Assembly: GCA_950068325.1 (NCBI GenBank)
Contig: CATMHQ010000004.1
Location: 45 to 64,044, forward strand
DNA from: an uncultured Fidelibacterota bacterium
Lineage (GTDB): Bacteria > Fidelibacterota > Marinisomatia > Marinisomatales > UBA1611
Direction of reading: 5' to 3'
DNA length: 64,000 nucleotides
Positions 31,631-40,767 of the stretch are shown here, piece by piece. The stretch's first letter is position 1. Each line of letters begins with the position of its first letter. The notes beneath the pieces are model-generated. The model made no database searches. It was not told the origin of the DNA and saw only the letters and a program-made list of their open reading frames with translations. Position numbers and translations under genes: made by a program.

Positions 31631-31900
31631 TTATATCGATTCTGAATCAATAGCATCCATTAAATCATTAATTGTATCATGCGTCTGAATTTCTCCCCTT
31701 TCGATTTCATCTAAAGCTTTGATTAACCGCTTATCATAACTGGCTTCTGATTCAGAAACTAATTCGGAATATTTTTCTTGGTCCATAATGACATATTTTA
31801 GTTTATTATTTTTTATGACATGCACTGGACCATCTTTCAAATCTTCATCTACAGCAGAAATGCCACGACGTTTAATTTCTTGGGACGATATTGTTTTCAT
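31631..31900 (-). CDS. type II antitoxin, Phd/YefM-like
   Basis: 89 aa. The N-terminus is Phd-like (TISSQEIKRRGISAVDEDLKDGPVHVIKNNKLKYVIMDQEKYSEL) and the C-terminal tail is acidic. It sits directly upstream of the toxin. Confidence 0.7.
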   Translation of the reverse strand: MKTISSQEIKRRGISAVDEDLKDGPVHVIKNNKLKYVIMDQEKYSELVSESEASYDKRLIKALDEIERGEIQTHDTINDLMDAIDSESI

Positions 31901-31968
31901 TCGGTTTCCAGGATGGTACCGAATTTAGCACCAATTATGATACTATAATAAATAATAAAGAAAAGTTT

Positions 31969-34900
31969 CTAGTTAAACTTCACAGAAACAAGTTGTGAAA
32001 TTCCCTTCTTTTCCTGGGTCACACCATACATGTAATCGGCGATTTCCATGGTTAGTTTATTATGGGTTACAATAATGAATTGAGTTTCATCGCAAAATTT
32101 GGAAAGAACCCGAGTGAATTTATGAATATTCACATCATCCAAGGGCGCATCTACTTCATCCAAAATACAATAGGGACTTGGCTTAACCTGGTATATTGCA
32201 AAAAGAAGTGAGATGGCTGTTAGAGCTTTTTCGCCACTGGAAAGAAGTCGCAGGGATGTATTCCGTTTTCCCGGTGGTCGTGCTTCAATGCCAATATCTG
32301 CTTCCAACGGATCAGGATCACCGATCAATTTCAGATTGGCATTGCCACCTTCAAAAAATAATTGAAATAATTTTTCAAAATTTGATTTAATTGAATCAAA
32401 AGTTTCCTTGAATCTTTTCCGAGCCACTTTATCAATTTTTCGAATAGTTTCACGAAGATTTTCTTCTGCTTCAATCAAATCATCTCTTTGGATAGACAGT
32501 GTTTCCAGCCGTTCATTTTCTTCGTCATGCTCATCTTGCACTGCCATATTCACCGGACCAATATTTTCTAAACTCCTTTGGATTTTATTGATCTCAATTT
32601 CCAACAGTTCTTCTGTATCATCCACCACCAAATCGGTGGGCACTTTTTTATGATATCGATCACGAATTCGTTCTTCAACCAATCGAATCAATTGATTTGT
32701 TTCTGTCGCCTCCAATTCGGCATTTTTTAAATCTTCAAGAATTTGTTCACGATTTCTTTGTTCAGCGACAATGCGCGCCTGGACTTCTTCAATATTTTGA
32801 TAAGTCTCGCGGAAAACGGATTGTTTGAGATCCAGGATGGAGAGCTGTTTTTGGATTTCCGCATTCAGCGTTTTTAATTCCTTTTCTCCTGCGGCGATTT
32901 GTCCATCCAATTCTTTCTTTTTGGCTTGAAGTTCTTCAATCCCTGTTTTGATGCCAACTTGTCGGGATTTTAATTCTTCGCGCGTTTCTTCACTAGACGA
33001 TTTTTTAAATTTGAGTTGATCCCTCCGAGTTTCTAATTCGATTAAATTAATACGAATTTCCTGAGTTTTTTGCTGGTACTCATCCCGTTCCGTTCGCGCC
33101 TGAAGCACATTCTCATTGGCTTTATCCACTTTGGATTGGAATGAATCCAAAGTTTTCTGGGCTTTATCCATTGCAGGCTGGAGGGATTTCAATGCTTGTT
33201 TGGATTGCTTCGATATTGCTTCTGTTTCGTCCAATTCCTGTTTAGCGGACTGAATCGATTCAGTGATCTGTGTTTGCCGGAATTGACTCCGAATTGCTTC
33301 TGTCTCCCATTGAGACGAAGCCTGAGCCAATTTTTCAATCTCGCGTAGTTTATTTTTTACATCCGATTGGCTTGATTGGATTTCATCAAAAAGTGATTTT
33401 AATTGTGTTGTTAATTCTGTTTCTTTTTTGGAGAGCCCGTCTAATTCAGAAGAAATAGAATCTAGTTTTTTCTGACGTCCCATCAAATGACCATGTTCAG
33501 ATACTTGTCTGTTTTTTAGGATCAAATCACTCCTGGAGAAAGCACCTGTTTGGTCCACTAATCCCCAACCATCCAGATCTTTGGATTGGAGTACGGTCTG
33601 CAAATCATCCACAATTAGTAAATTTCCCAAAAGGTAATCAGCCAATGGCTGAAGCTCTTTACTGGTTTTGACAAGTTCTGAAGCTCGCCCGATTACTTGT
33701 GGATTTTTTGGCACTTTCTGCAGATTTGTTTTAAGTGATTTCGCTTCTTTTAATGGAATTAGGGTGAAATCACCAGCCTGTTTTTCTCGTGCTTTTTCCA
33801 GGGTGGCCAATGCCGATTTTTTATCGTTTGCAATCAAACAATGTGACAATCCACCCAATCCGGATTCCAGCGCATCGTGATATTCTTCTTCCACCTGGAA
33901 CATATCAGCAATAGTGCCCAACACGCCGGGGAATGATTTAGGATTTTCCAGAATATATCGGGTCCCTTCCGGAAATCCTTCCCTGGACTCAACCAATTCA
34001 TCATAAAATGCCCGTTGCCCTGTGAGTGATTGGATCTGGGCAGAAACAAGGTGTTTTTCTTCAGATACAGAATCGCGATCATCTTTCAAGAATTTCAGGT
34101 TTGATTCTGCTATTCCTAATTCTTTTTTGGCTTGAGCAAGATTCGCATCAGCTATCTTTTTATCCGCATTTAATTGCTTTTGGTCACCCGAGTGAGATTT
34201 TTTATCATCTTGCTGATCAGCGATTCGCTTTTTCAATTTTTCAATTATGGTTTCTTTATCTTCCACCAAAGCTTGTGTCCGGTCAAATAGGGATCGGTCA
34301 TCAGTTAATTTTCGCTGTAATTCCCACCGCTCATTCTGAGCATCATCCAAATATTTAATCTTTTTTTGATAAGTTTTTTCTATTTTATCGAATGCGTTTT
34401 TTTCTGTTTTGTAGGATGCCAATTTTGCATCGATGGCTGGGTCCAAGTCTGTCATTTCCTTGTCAAAATTAAGGCTCAACTGTTTCAGGCTTTCGATCTT
34501 TGACATATTGGTGGCCCTTTCCCGTTCAAGACGATCAACCGTTAATAATGCGCCGCGACCTTGTTCTGTCCGGACCAAAATTTTATTTCGAAGGCCTTCT
34601 CTATTTTCATTGAGTTCAGACATTGTCGATTGCATTTCCTTTAGTTCTGCTTCCTGTGATTTATAGGCAGATTGAAATTGCTCTAATTCTTTTTCATGAA
34701 TTGAAGATTCGGATGTTTTTGATTCCCGAAGGTGGCGGAATTCCTGAATCCGTGCCTGGAGCGGTGCTGCGATGGATCGATAGCGGTGAACCTGAAGAAA
34801 TGCCAATTCCAGGTCCTTGAACTCAAGTGTTTCGGTTAAGGTTGCATGGCGTTGGAATCGTTTGAGTTGGAGCCCAAGATGGTGAACTTTTTGTTCCACT

Positions 34901-35490
34901 TCTGCAATGATATCCTTGATTCGTTCCAGATCCGTATGGGTGATTTCAAATTTCCTTAAAGTGGATTTCCGCTGGGTTCTGTATTTATGGATTCCTGCAG
35001 CCTCTTCGAACATTTTCCGGCGATCATCACCTGTCTCTGATAAGATTTGCTCGATCATTTTCAATTCAATAACTGAATAGGCATCCGAGCCCATGCCCGT
35101 ATCCACAAAAAGATCCATAATATCTTTCAATCGGCACTGGGTTTTGTTCAGGTAATATTCCGATTCCCCACTTCGATATATTCGACGAGCAATTTCAATA
35201 TCATTATATTCAATCGGAAGTTTTCCAGCGTTATTGTGGACGGTCATGGAAACTTCGCAAACGCCCAGCGGCTTAGTACCTTCGGCACCGTTAAAGATCA
35301 CATCCTCCATTTTGCCGCTGCGAAGGACACTGTATTTTTGTTCACCCAACACCCACCGGATGGCATCGACAATATTGGTCTTGCCGCAGCCATTTGGACC
35401 CACAACGGTGGTGATACCCTGGCCGAGTTTCATGACTTCCTTATTGGCAAAAGATTTGAAGCCATGCATTTTTAATTCAGATATATACAT
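31969..35490 (-). CDS. smc: chromosome partition protein Smc
   Basis: The Walker A head (MYISELKMHGFKSF...VVGPNGCGKTNIVDAIRWVLGEQ), long coiled coils, the hinge, and the C-terminal LSGGEKALTAISLLFAI...ILDEVDAPLDD are present. I start it at ATG 35490. The track's 35559 start adds 23 non-conserved residues. Confidence 0.95.
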   Translation of the reverse strand: MYISELKMHGFKSFANKEVMKLGQGITTVVGPNGCGKTNIVDAIRWVLGEQKYSVLRSGKMEDVIFNGAEGTKPLGVCEVSMTVHNNAGKLPIEYNDIEIARRIYRSGESEYYLNKTQCRLKDIMDLFVDTGMGSDAYSVIELKMIEQILSETGDDRRKMFEEAAGIHKYRTQRKSTLRKFEITHTDLERIKDIIAEVEQKVHHLGLQLKRFQRHATLTETLEFKDLELAFLQVHRYRSIAAPLQARIQEFRHLRESKTSESSIHEKELEQFQSAYKSQEAELKEMQSTMSELNENREGLRNKILVRTEQGRGALLTVDRLERERATNMSKIESLKQLSLNFDKEMTDLDPAIDAKLASYKTEKNAFDKIEKTYQKKIKYLDDAQNERWELQRKLTDDRSLFDRTQALVEDKETIIEKLKKRIADQQDDKKSHSGDQKQLNADKKIADANLAQAKKELGIAESNLKFLKDDRDSVSEEKHLVSAQIQSLTGQRAFYDELVESREGFPEGTRYILENPKSFPGVLGTIADMFQVEEEYHDALESGLGGLSHCLIANDKKSALATLEKAREKQAGDFTLIPLKEAKSLKTNLQKVPKNPQVIGRASELVKTSKELQPLADYLLGNLLIVDDLQTVLQSKDLDGWGLVDQTGAFSRSDLILKNRQVSEHGHLMGRQKKLDSISSELDGLSKKETELTTQLKSLFDEIQSSQSDVKNKLREIEKLAQASSQWETEAIRSQFRQTQITESIQSAKQELDETEAISKQSKQALKSLQPAMDKAQKTLDSFQSKVDKANENVLQARTERDEYQQKTQEIRINLIELETRRDQLKFKKSSSEETREELKSRQVGIKTGIEELQAKKKELDGQIAAGEKELKTLNAEIQKQLSILDLKQSVFRETYQNIEEVQARIVAEQRNREQILEDLKNAELEATETNQLIRLVEERIRDRYHKKVPTDLVVDDTEELLEIEINKIQRSLENIGPVNMAVQDEHDEENERLETLSIQRDDLIEAEENLRETIRKIDKVARKRFKETFDSIKSNFEKLFQLFFEGGNANLKLIGDPDPLEADIGIEARPPGKRNTSLRLLSSGEKALTAISLLFAIYQVKPSPYCILDEVDAPLDDVNIHKFTRVLSKFCDETQFIIVTHNKLTMEIADYMYGVTQEKKGISQLVSVKFN

Positions 35491-35683
35491 GAGTGCTGGT
35501 AAGAATGTGGAGTGTGAAATTACAGGATTTACATCGGGATATCCACCACAGGATTGCACCTAATCCCATGTTAAAATCCGGATAATTGAATCCAAGGTCA
35601 GCGTGAGAAAGACAAGAAACATGAAAGATGAAAAAAGGATAATTTTCGTTTTTCCTGTTTCCACTTTCATCTTTACAAATAGA

Positions 35684-36028
35684 CTATCCTGGTGGCCACC
35701 CAAAAGTTCGTCCACCAAGCAAATGTAAATGAATATGGAAAACGGTCTGCCCACCGGCTTCATTGCAATTAAATCCAGTTCGGTAACCGGCCTCTGCGAT
35801 TCCTTCTTGTTTTGCTAATTCAGAAGCGGTTCGTACCAATTCTCCCACTAATTCATTATGTTCCGGTTCCAATTCATTCAAAGTGGGAATATGAATTTTC
35901 GGGATGATCAAAATATGGGTTGGTGCGGCTGGATTAATATCCCGAAAAGCGAGTATACGGCCATTCTCAAACACTTTGTCTGCCGGAATATCTCCAGTAA
36001 TCATTTTGCAAAATAAACAATCTTCCAT
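35684..36028 (-). CDS. HIT family (histidine triad) protein
   Basis: CLFCKMITGDIPADKV and the histidine triad FHIHLHLLGG are present. I start it at ATG 36028. The track's 36058 start is a GTG inside an intergenic repeat. Confidence 0.9.
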   Translation of the reverse strand: MEDCLFCKMITGDIPADKVFENGRILAFRDINPAAPTHILIIPKIHIPTLNELEPEHNELVGELVRTASELAKQEGIAEAGYRTGFNCNEAGGQTVFHIHLHLLGGRTFGWPPG

Positions 36029-36044
36029 GATGGTACCTTTTTTT

Positions 36045-36114
36045 GCCACGAAGGTCACAAAGGTGCGTGAAGTAAATTATTAATATCTTAGCGGTCCTTC
36101 GTGTTCTTCGCGGC
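36045..36114. repeat. imperfect inverted repeat with GCCACGAAG-type arms
   Basis: The left arm is gccacgaaggtcacaaagg (36045-36063). The right arm is ccttcgtgttcttcgcggc (36096-36114), whose reverse complement is gccgcgaagaacacgaagg. The words GCCACGAAG and CACGAAGnnnCGCTAAG recur at 22108-22127. Confidence 0.5.
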
Positions 36115-36121
36115 TATTTTT

Positions 36122-36826
36122 TTAATTTAATATTTCATTCAAAACAGATAACGAATTTAAGGCTGCCGTTTCTGCCCGTAGTCGTCTCTGTCCCAAATTG
36201 TAAAACAATACACCGGCATCTTTCATCTGCTTAATTTCATTTTCTGTAAAATCACCTTCTGGTCCGATTATCACTGTAACGGGTTTATCTGAATTCAAAT
36301 TCAATTGAGATAATGTTTTTTCAGCTCCCATCAAGCCAGACACAATTTGACCATTTCTATTGTCTAAAAATGATCTCATATCCAGCGACTCATTCAAAAC
36401 TGGGAATCTACTTCTGTGACACTGCTTTGCGGATGATGTAACGATCTTTTGGCTGCGGTTAACATTTAGTGTTTTTTTCACACATCTGTCCAATGCTAAA
36501 GGTTGAATTTCAGCTACGCCCAGTTCGGTGGCTTTTTCTAACAGGAGTTCAAACCGATCCCGTTTAATGAGCGCCGGCGCCAGAGTGATCGAGCACTGAT
36601 TTTCACCTAATCCATCGAATGTTTCCTTGATCGTTCCAGCTACTTCATTTCCAACTGTATCGATCACAACATGATAGCCAGTACCTTCACCATTCAAAAG
36701 GCAAATCTCATCACCCGCTTTTAATCGCAGGACGCGTGTCGCGTGGTTGGATTCACCTTGATCTAATTTAAACGTGTCCCCGTTAACATTCTGGGGACTC
36801 ACATAAAAGGCTTTGTCTGGGATCAC
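36122..36826 (-). CDS. rsmE: 16S rRNA (uracil1498-N3)-methyltransferase
   Basis: 234 aa. The PUA-like N-terminus (HATRVLRLKAGDEI) and the C-terminal SPOUT block (VIIGPEGDFTENEI...LGQRRLRAETAAL) are present. Confidence 0.85.
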   Translation of the reverse strand: MIPDKAFYVSPQNVNGDTFKLDQGESNHATRVLRLKAGDEICLLNGEGTGYHVVIDTVGNEVAGTIKETFDGLGENQCSITLAPALIKRDRFELLLEKATELGVAEIQPLALDRCVKKTLNVNRSQKIVTSSAKQCHRSRFPVLNESLDMRSFLDNRNGQIVSGLMGAEKTLSQLNLNSDKPVTVIIGPEGDFTENEIKQMKDAGVLFYNLGQRRLRAETAALNSLSVLNEILN

Positions 36827-37401
36827 TTTGCCCGGCGATTGAAAGAGAGATGGATCAGGAAACCGGAATAATTCTTTTTCCCATCCGCTTCCTGGTTCAA
36901 TGGTAGTAATTCGACACCCACCATCGCCATGACAGATGATTGTCCAACTATTTTGAAATCGATCCCGACACCCACAAATCCACCGGGAGAATATTGAACA
37001 TCAGGATTCTTCCACCGTTCGCTGAAGGTACCAAATTCCCTGCCATCCACCGTAGTAACCACACCACCTTTCAATGCAATAAAAGGAGCAAAATTGTTTT
37101 CAATTTTTCCCACAAAAGGATAATAATTTGTCCCAAAAAATACAGGTATCATAAACAGGCTTTTTCCACCGACCGTTTTATACTGCCCTGTGTAATAATC
37201 GTAAACGATGGTTTCCTCTTCCGCTTTAATATCATAGAAACGTAATTCGCTATTTAAAGCGATTTTTTCGGAAGAATGAAAATAATGACGCGTGACAAAC
37301 ATACCGGAACCACTGGAACCAATATCCAGGCCAAAACCATTTGTGATCTGATCAAACTGCCCAAATAGAAAAACATGGAATAGAAATGATATTAGCTTCA
37401 T
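36823..37401 (-). CDS. hypothetical protein, possible small outer-membrane beta-barrel
   Basis: 192 aa. It has a signal-like N-terminus and alternating aromatic/glycine beta-strand-like composition. It overlaps rsmE by 4 nt. I recognise no family. Confidence 0.4.
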   Translation of the reverse strand: MKLISFLFHVFLFGQFDQITNGFGLDIGSSGSGMFVTRHYFHSSEKIALNSELRFYDIKAEEETIVYDYYTGQYKTVGGKSLFMIPVFFGTNYYPFVGKIENNFAPFIALKGGVVTTVDGREFGTFSERWKNPDVQYSPGGFVGVGIDFKIVGQSSVMAMVGVELLPLNQEADGKKNYSGFLIHLSFNRRAK

Positions 37402-37630
37402 TAATTCATCAGCTTCGAAATAAAGTTTTTACTGGATTCCAGATTTGATAATGCTATTGAAGATAAAACAGCATGTTCTGATTTTTTTAAAGGATAAATA
37501 TGTAAAACGTAATCGGTATTAATTACATAATTACGTTTTAAATAATTATTTCGCATCGTTGTTTCTATAATAATTATTATTCCAGCAGTTAGAGCAATTA
37601 ACGTCATCATGGTTAATTATTCAGGTTAGT

Positions 37631-38656
37631 TTATTCATAGGATAAAACCACTTTCCCAAACTGCTCACCGGATTCTAAATATTCATGTGCAGATTGGATT
37701 TCTGATATGGGGAATATACGATCAACCACCGGATTTATTTTACCTTCACTCAAAAGCGCAAAGGCACCTTCAAAAGCAGATTTTGATCCCATGGTTGAAC
37801 CCAAAACAGACTGCTGCTTGAAAAATAAATGGGTTAAATTCAAATTGGCTTTGTATCCAGTTGTTGCGCCGCAGGTAACAACCCGTCCACCACGAGCCAG
37901 ACTTTTTATGGAAATATCCCAGGTCGCTTGTCCCACATGTTCAAAAACCACATCCGCTCCACGTCCATTCGTCATCGATTTCAATTCAGCTAAAATATCA
38001 ACCGTTTTGTAATTCAATACATGATCGGCGCCAAGTGATTTGGCTTTTGCACATTTTTCATCTGTACCGGCCATAGCAATGACGGTGGTGCCCAATGCTT
38101 TTGTGATCTGGATAGCCATACTGCCCACACCGGAACTGGCACCCCAAATCAAAACAGTTTCACCTGATTCAAGATTCGCCCGATTCACCAGCATTTGATA
38201 GGACGTTTGGGCTACAAGTGCAAAGGACGCTCCTTCATCAAAACTCAAATGATCTGGAAATGGAATGGCGCGGGACTCATCTACGTTAATCTGTTCAGCG
38301 TTTACACCTTGGGAGCTCTCTCCCATAATGCCCATAGATTCGCAGAAGTTTTCTTTTCCGGAATTACATGAATTACAATTCCCACAATAAATCAGCGGTT
38401 GGATCATGACCCTTTCACCGATCCTGTTTTCATCAACATAATCGCCAACTGCAGAAATTATTCCCGCAGCATCGGTGCCAGAAATCAATGGCAATGGCAC
38501 ACCGGGAATCCCGTTTCGAACCCAGATATCGAGATGATTCAAGGATGTTGCTTTTACATCAACAAGGACCTGTCCTGCGGATAATTCCGGTTCTGGGGCA
38601 TCCTGCCATTTTAGGACACCTACTCCACCATGTTCATGAATTAGGACTGCTTTCAT
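37631..38656 (-). CDS. zinc-type medium-chain dehydrogenase/reductase (alcohol dehydrogenase/quinone oxidoreductase-like)
   Basis: 341 aa. The structural-zinc Cys cluster CGNCNSCNSGKENFC and the nucleotide-binding block VLIWGASSGVGSMAIQ are present. Confidence 0.85.
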   Translation of the reverse strand: MKAVLIHEHGGVGVLKWQDAPEPELSAGQVLVDVKATSLNHLDIWVRNGIPGVPLPLISGTDAAGIISAVGDYVDENRIGERVMIQPLIYCGNCNSCNSGKENFCESMGIMGESSQGVNAEQINVDESRAIPFPDHLSFDEGASFALVAQTSYQMLVNRANLESGETVLIWGASSGVGSMAIQITKALGTTVIAMAGTDEKCAKAKSLGADHVLNYKTVDILAELKSMTNGRGADVVFEHVGQATWDISIKSLARGGRVVTCGATTGYKANLNLTHLFFKQQSVLGSTMGSKSAFEGAFALLSEGKINPVVDRIFPISEIQSAHEYLESGEQFGKVVLSYE

Positions 38657-39087
38657 GATTCAAAGTTTGCATCCAGACTGAAATTCCCAGGCCCTCGTAA
38701 AAATAATGTAAAATAAACGGCAAAATATATAAAGGCTAATTCAGGACCTTCACCCTTGGATAGATGGTACGATCCTGCAAAAAACATGGTCATCATGATA
38801 AAAAATGAAGCAAGCCGTGTTTTGAGTCCAAGCAGGACGAACCAAGTGAGTACCCCTTCACTCAATGCTGCTAGAAACCCGAAAATGACATGTCCAAATG
38901 AAATACCGATCAATGACAGCGCTGCAGCGCCCAGTGATTCCCAAGTATCGGTTCCTGCGGTGATCTTCCCCATTCCATGGTAAAAGAATAAATAAAAAGA
39001 TGGAATCACCCGTAATATGAGTAAAGCCCAATCCTTGCCGCCGTCGAATAGTTCTTCATTGGTTAAGAACTTTTTTAGGGTATTCAT
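38653..39087 (-). CDS. DoxX family membrane protein
   Basis: 144 aa, four TM helices. ALLILRVIPSFYLFFYHGMGK is a DoxX-like start. Confidence 0.8.
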   Translation of the reverse strand: MNTLKKFLTNEELFDGGKDWALLILRVIPSFYLFFYHGMGKITAGTDTWESLGAAALSLIGISFGHVIFGFLAALSEGVLTWFVLLGLKTRLASFFIMMTMFFAGSYHLSKGEGPELAFIYFAVYFTLFLRGPGNFSLDANFES

Positions 39088-39263
39088 TCTGATTTATCCT
39101 CGAATTCCGCATCCTGGATATCCATTTTTTGAACTTTAGAACGAATATCCGTTTTGCGTTTTTTAAGTTTGATGGATTGGTTGAATTTGAAAAGTGAGAG
39201 TAATGGCCCTGCTGATTTGTAAAGCATGTACCCTATGAATCCTAAAAGTAGCCATTTTAACAT
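39084..39263 (-). CDS. small membrane protein (59 aa, below the ORF-track cutoff)
   Basis: My translation is MLKWLLLGFIGYMLYKSAGPLLSLFKFNQSIKLKKRKTDIRSKVQKMDIQDAEFEDKSE*. Its ATG overlaps the kinase stop (ATGA) and its TGA overlaps the DoxX ATG (ATGA). This implies translational coupling on both sides. Confidence 0.45.
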   Translation of the reverse strand: MLKWLLLGFIGYMLYKSAGPLLSLFKFNQSIKLKKRKTDIRSKVQKMDIQDAEFEDKSE

Positions 39264-39904
39264 CAGAATTCCGAAACAGGATTGAAAAATTTTGTCCCTG
39301 AAACCGGCTGACGTATATAGTTGATCACCTCTTTCAGGTCATCTTCATTATGAACAAAATCAATATTGTTTGTGTTGATGATCACAAGTGGCGTATCCTG
39401 GTACCGGAAAAAATATTCCGTATAAACCTGGCTCAAAGCATCGATGTATTCGTATGTGATCTCTGTTTCCATTTCCCTGCCTCGCTGGGCGATATTCTTC
39501 ATAAGTGTGTCCGTGTCCGCCTGGAGATAGATCACCATATCCGGCTTAATGATATTCCGTTCCAGCAGATTTGCTACTGTGTCATAAAGGTGCATTTCTT
39601 TCTCACTCAGGTTCAGGGATGCGAACAGGCGATCCTTTACAAACATGTAATCGGTGATGAGCAAATTCTGAAACATATCCACCTGTCGGAGTTCCTGCTG
39701 TTGGCGGTAGCGCTGCAATAAAAAGAATAACTGTGTCTGGAATGCATATCGCTCCGGATCCTTGTAAAAATCCGGTAAAAAGGGATTTTCTTCAAATGCT
39801 TCCAGCACAAGCCGGGCGCCCAGTTCTTTGGACATCATGTTAGCGAGACTGGTCTTTCCAACCCCGATGGGTCCTTCGATTGCAATATAATATAAATTTC
39901 TCAA
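39263..39904 (-). CDS. deoxynucleoside kinase
   Basis: The P-loop IAIEGPIGVGKTSLANMM, FEENPFLPDFY, the ERS-like DRLFA and the lid region RGREME are present. I propose a TTG start at 39904, overlapping the folK stop as TTGA. The track's ATG at 39952 would overlap folK by 52 nt. Confidence 0.85.
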   Translation of the reverse strand: MRNLYYIAIEGPIGVGKTSLANMMSKELGARLVLEAFEENPFLPDFYKDPERYAFQTQLFFLLQRYRQQQELRQVDMFQNLLITDYMFVKDRLFASLNLSEKEMHLYDTVANLLERNIIKPDMVIYLQADTDTLMKNIAQRGREMETEITYEYIDALSQVYTEYFFRYQDTPLVIINTNNIDFVHNEDDLKEVINYIRQPVSGTKFFNPVSEF

Positions 39905-40410
39905 GCTTGTGTCTCCATGCGGTGGCGTGTCACATTTGATCTGTCTATACAATGATCAAGCAGATCATTAATGGTGATTCTTGAATGGGGAATTTTAAAA
40001 TCAGGTTCTAATTCGGCAAATGGTATTAATACAAATCTTCTTACGCCCAACATGGGATGGGGAAGGGTCAATTCATCCGTTTCCAAAACGGCATCACCGT
40101 GAAATAAAATATCAATATCAATGATCCGTGGTGCATTTTTTTCTCTTATCTCTGAACGCCCCAGCATTTTTTCGATCCGTTTACACACATCTAAAAAATC
40201 GAATGGTTTTAAGCTGGTTGTACATTTGACCACAGAGTTAAGGAAATCTGGTTGATCCACATTGTACAAGGGTGCGGTTTCGTAATAGGATGATGATTCG
40301 ATATCCGAAATATCAAAATTTATGGTTAATGCCATGGTGGCCTGGGCAAGATTCGATTCCCGATCTCCTAGGTTTGAGCCCAATGATAAATAAGCGGTAA
40401 CCGGTTTCAT
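39901..40410 (-). CDS. folK: 2-amino-4-hydroxy-6-hydroxymethyldihydropteridine diphosphokinase
   Basis: 169 aa. AYLSLGSNLGDRESNL, RIIDIDILFHGD and LTLPHPMLGVRRFVLIPFAEL are present. Confidence 0.9.
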   Translation of the reverse strand: MKPVTAYLSLGSNLGDRESNLAQATMALTINFDISDIESSSYYETAPLYNVDQPDFLNSVVKCTTSLKPFDFLDVCKRIEKMLGRSEIREKNAPRIIDIDILFHGDAVLETDELTLPHPMLGVRRFVLIPFAELEPDFKIPHSRITINDLLDHCIDRSNVTRHRMETQA

Positions 40411-40767
40411 TTATTTCTCCCGCACCAATTCCACTTCCACCGTATCCAGGTCCGCCATAATCGGTGCATGAGGTTTCCGAATTTTAATAACAACCTTTAA
40501 GATCGGGAAATCTGCCAATAATTTTTTACAAATAGTTTCCCCCACCGCTTCGATCAAATGATAATCTTTTTCGGTGAATATGTCTGTGATCACAGACACG
40601 GCTTCATTATAATTGATGGTGTCTTTCAGGCCATCAGTCTGTCCGGCTACAGAAAGGTCTGTGTGCATTTCCACATCCAGTTCGAATAGGCTATTCTTGT
40701 CCTTTTCAAATTCGTAAACACCGTGGCGGGCTGGAATCTTGAGATTCAAAATGCGGACTTTATCCAT
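40411..40767 (-). CDS. folB: dihydroneopterin aldolase
   Basis: 118 aa. ARHGVYEFEKDKNSLFELDVEM and INYNEAV are present. It abuts folK with no gap. Confidence 0.9.
   Translation of the reverse strand: MDKVRILNLKIPARHGVYEFEKDKNSLFELDVEMHTDLSVAGQTDGLKDTINYNEAVSVITDIFTEKDYHLIEAVGETICKKLLADFPILKVVIKIRKPHAPIMADLDTVEVELVREK

Noticed and set aside
35560-35763. 67-aa minus-strand ORF between the HIT gene and smc
   Set aside because: Its 5' part overlaps the end of the HIT gene in another frame. Only a ~36-aa hydrophobic tail (MKVETGKTKIILFSSFMFLVFLTL...) lies in the spacer. The evidence is insufficient to call it.
37401-37610. 69-aa minus-strand ORF between the dehydrogenase and the OMP-like gene
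   Set aside because: The region is AT-rich and the product low-complexity. The ORF contains an AAAACGTAAT...ATTACGTTTT dyad (37504-37539) that looks more like a weak terminator after the dehydrogenase gene. There is no family resemblance. A real small protein cannot be excluded.
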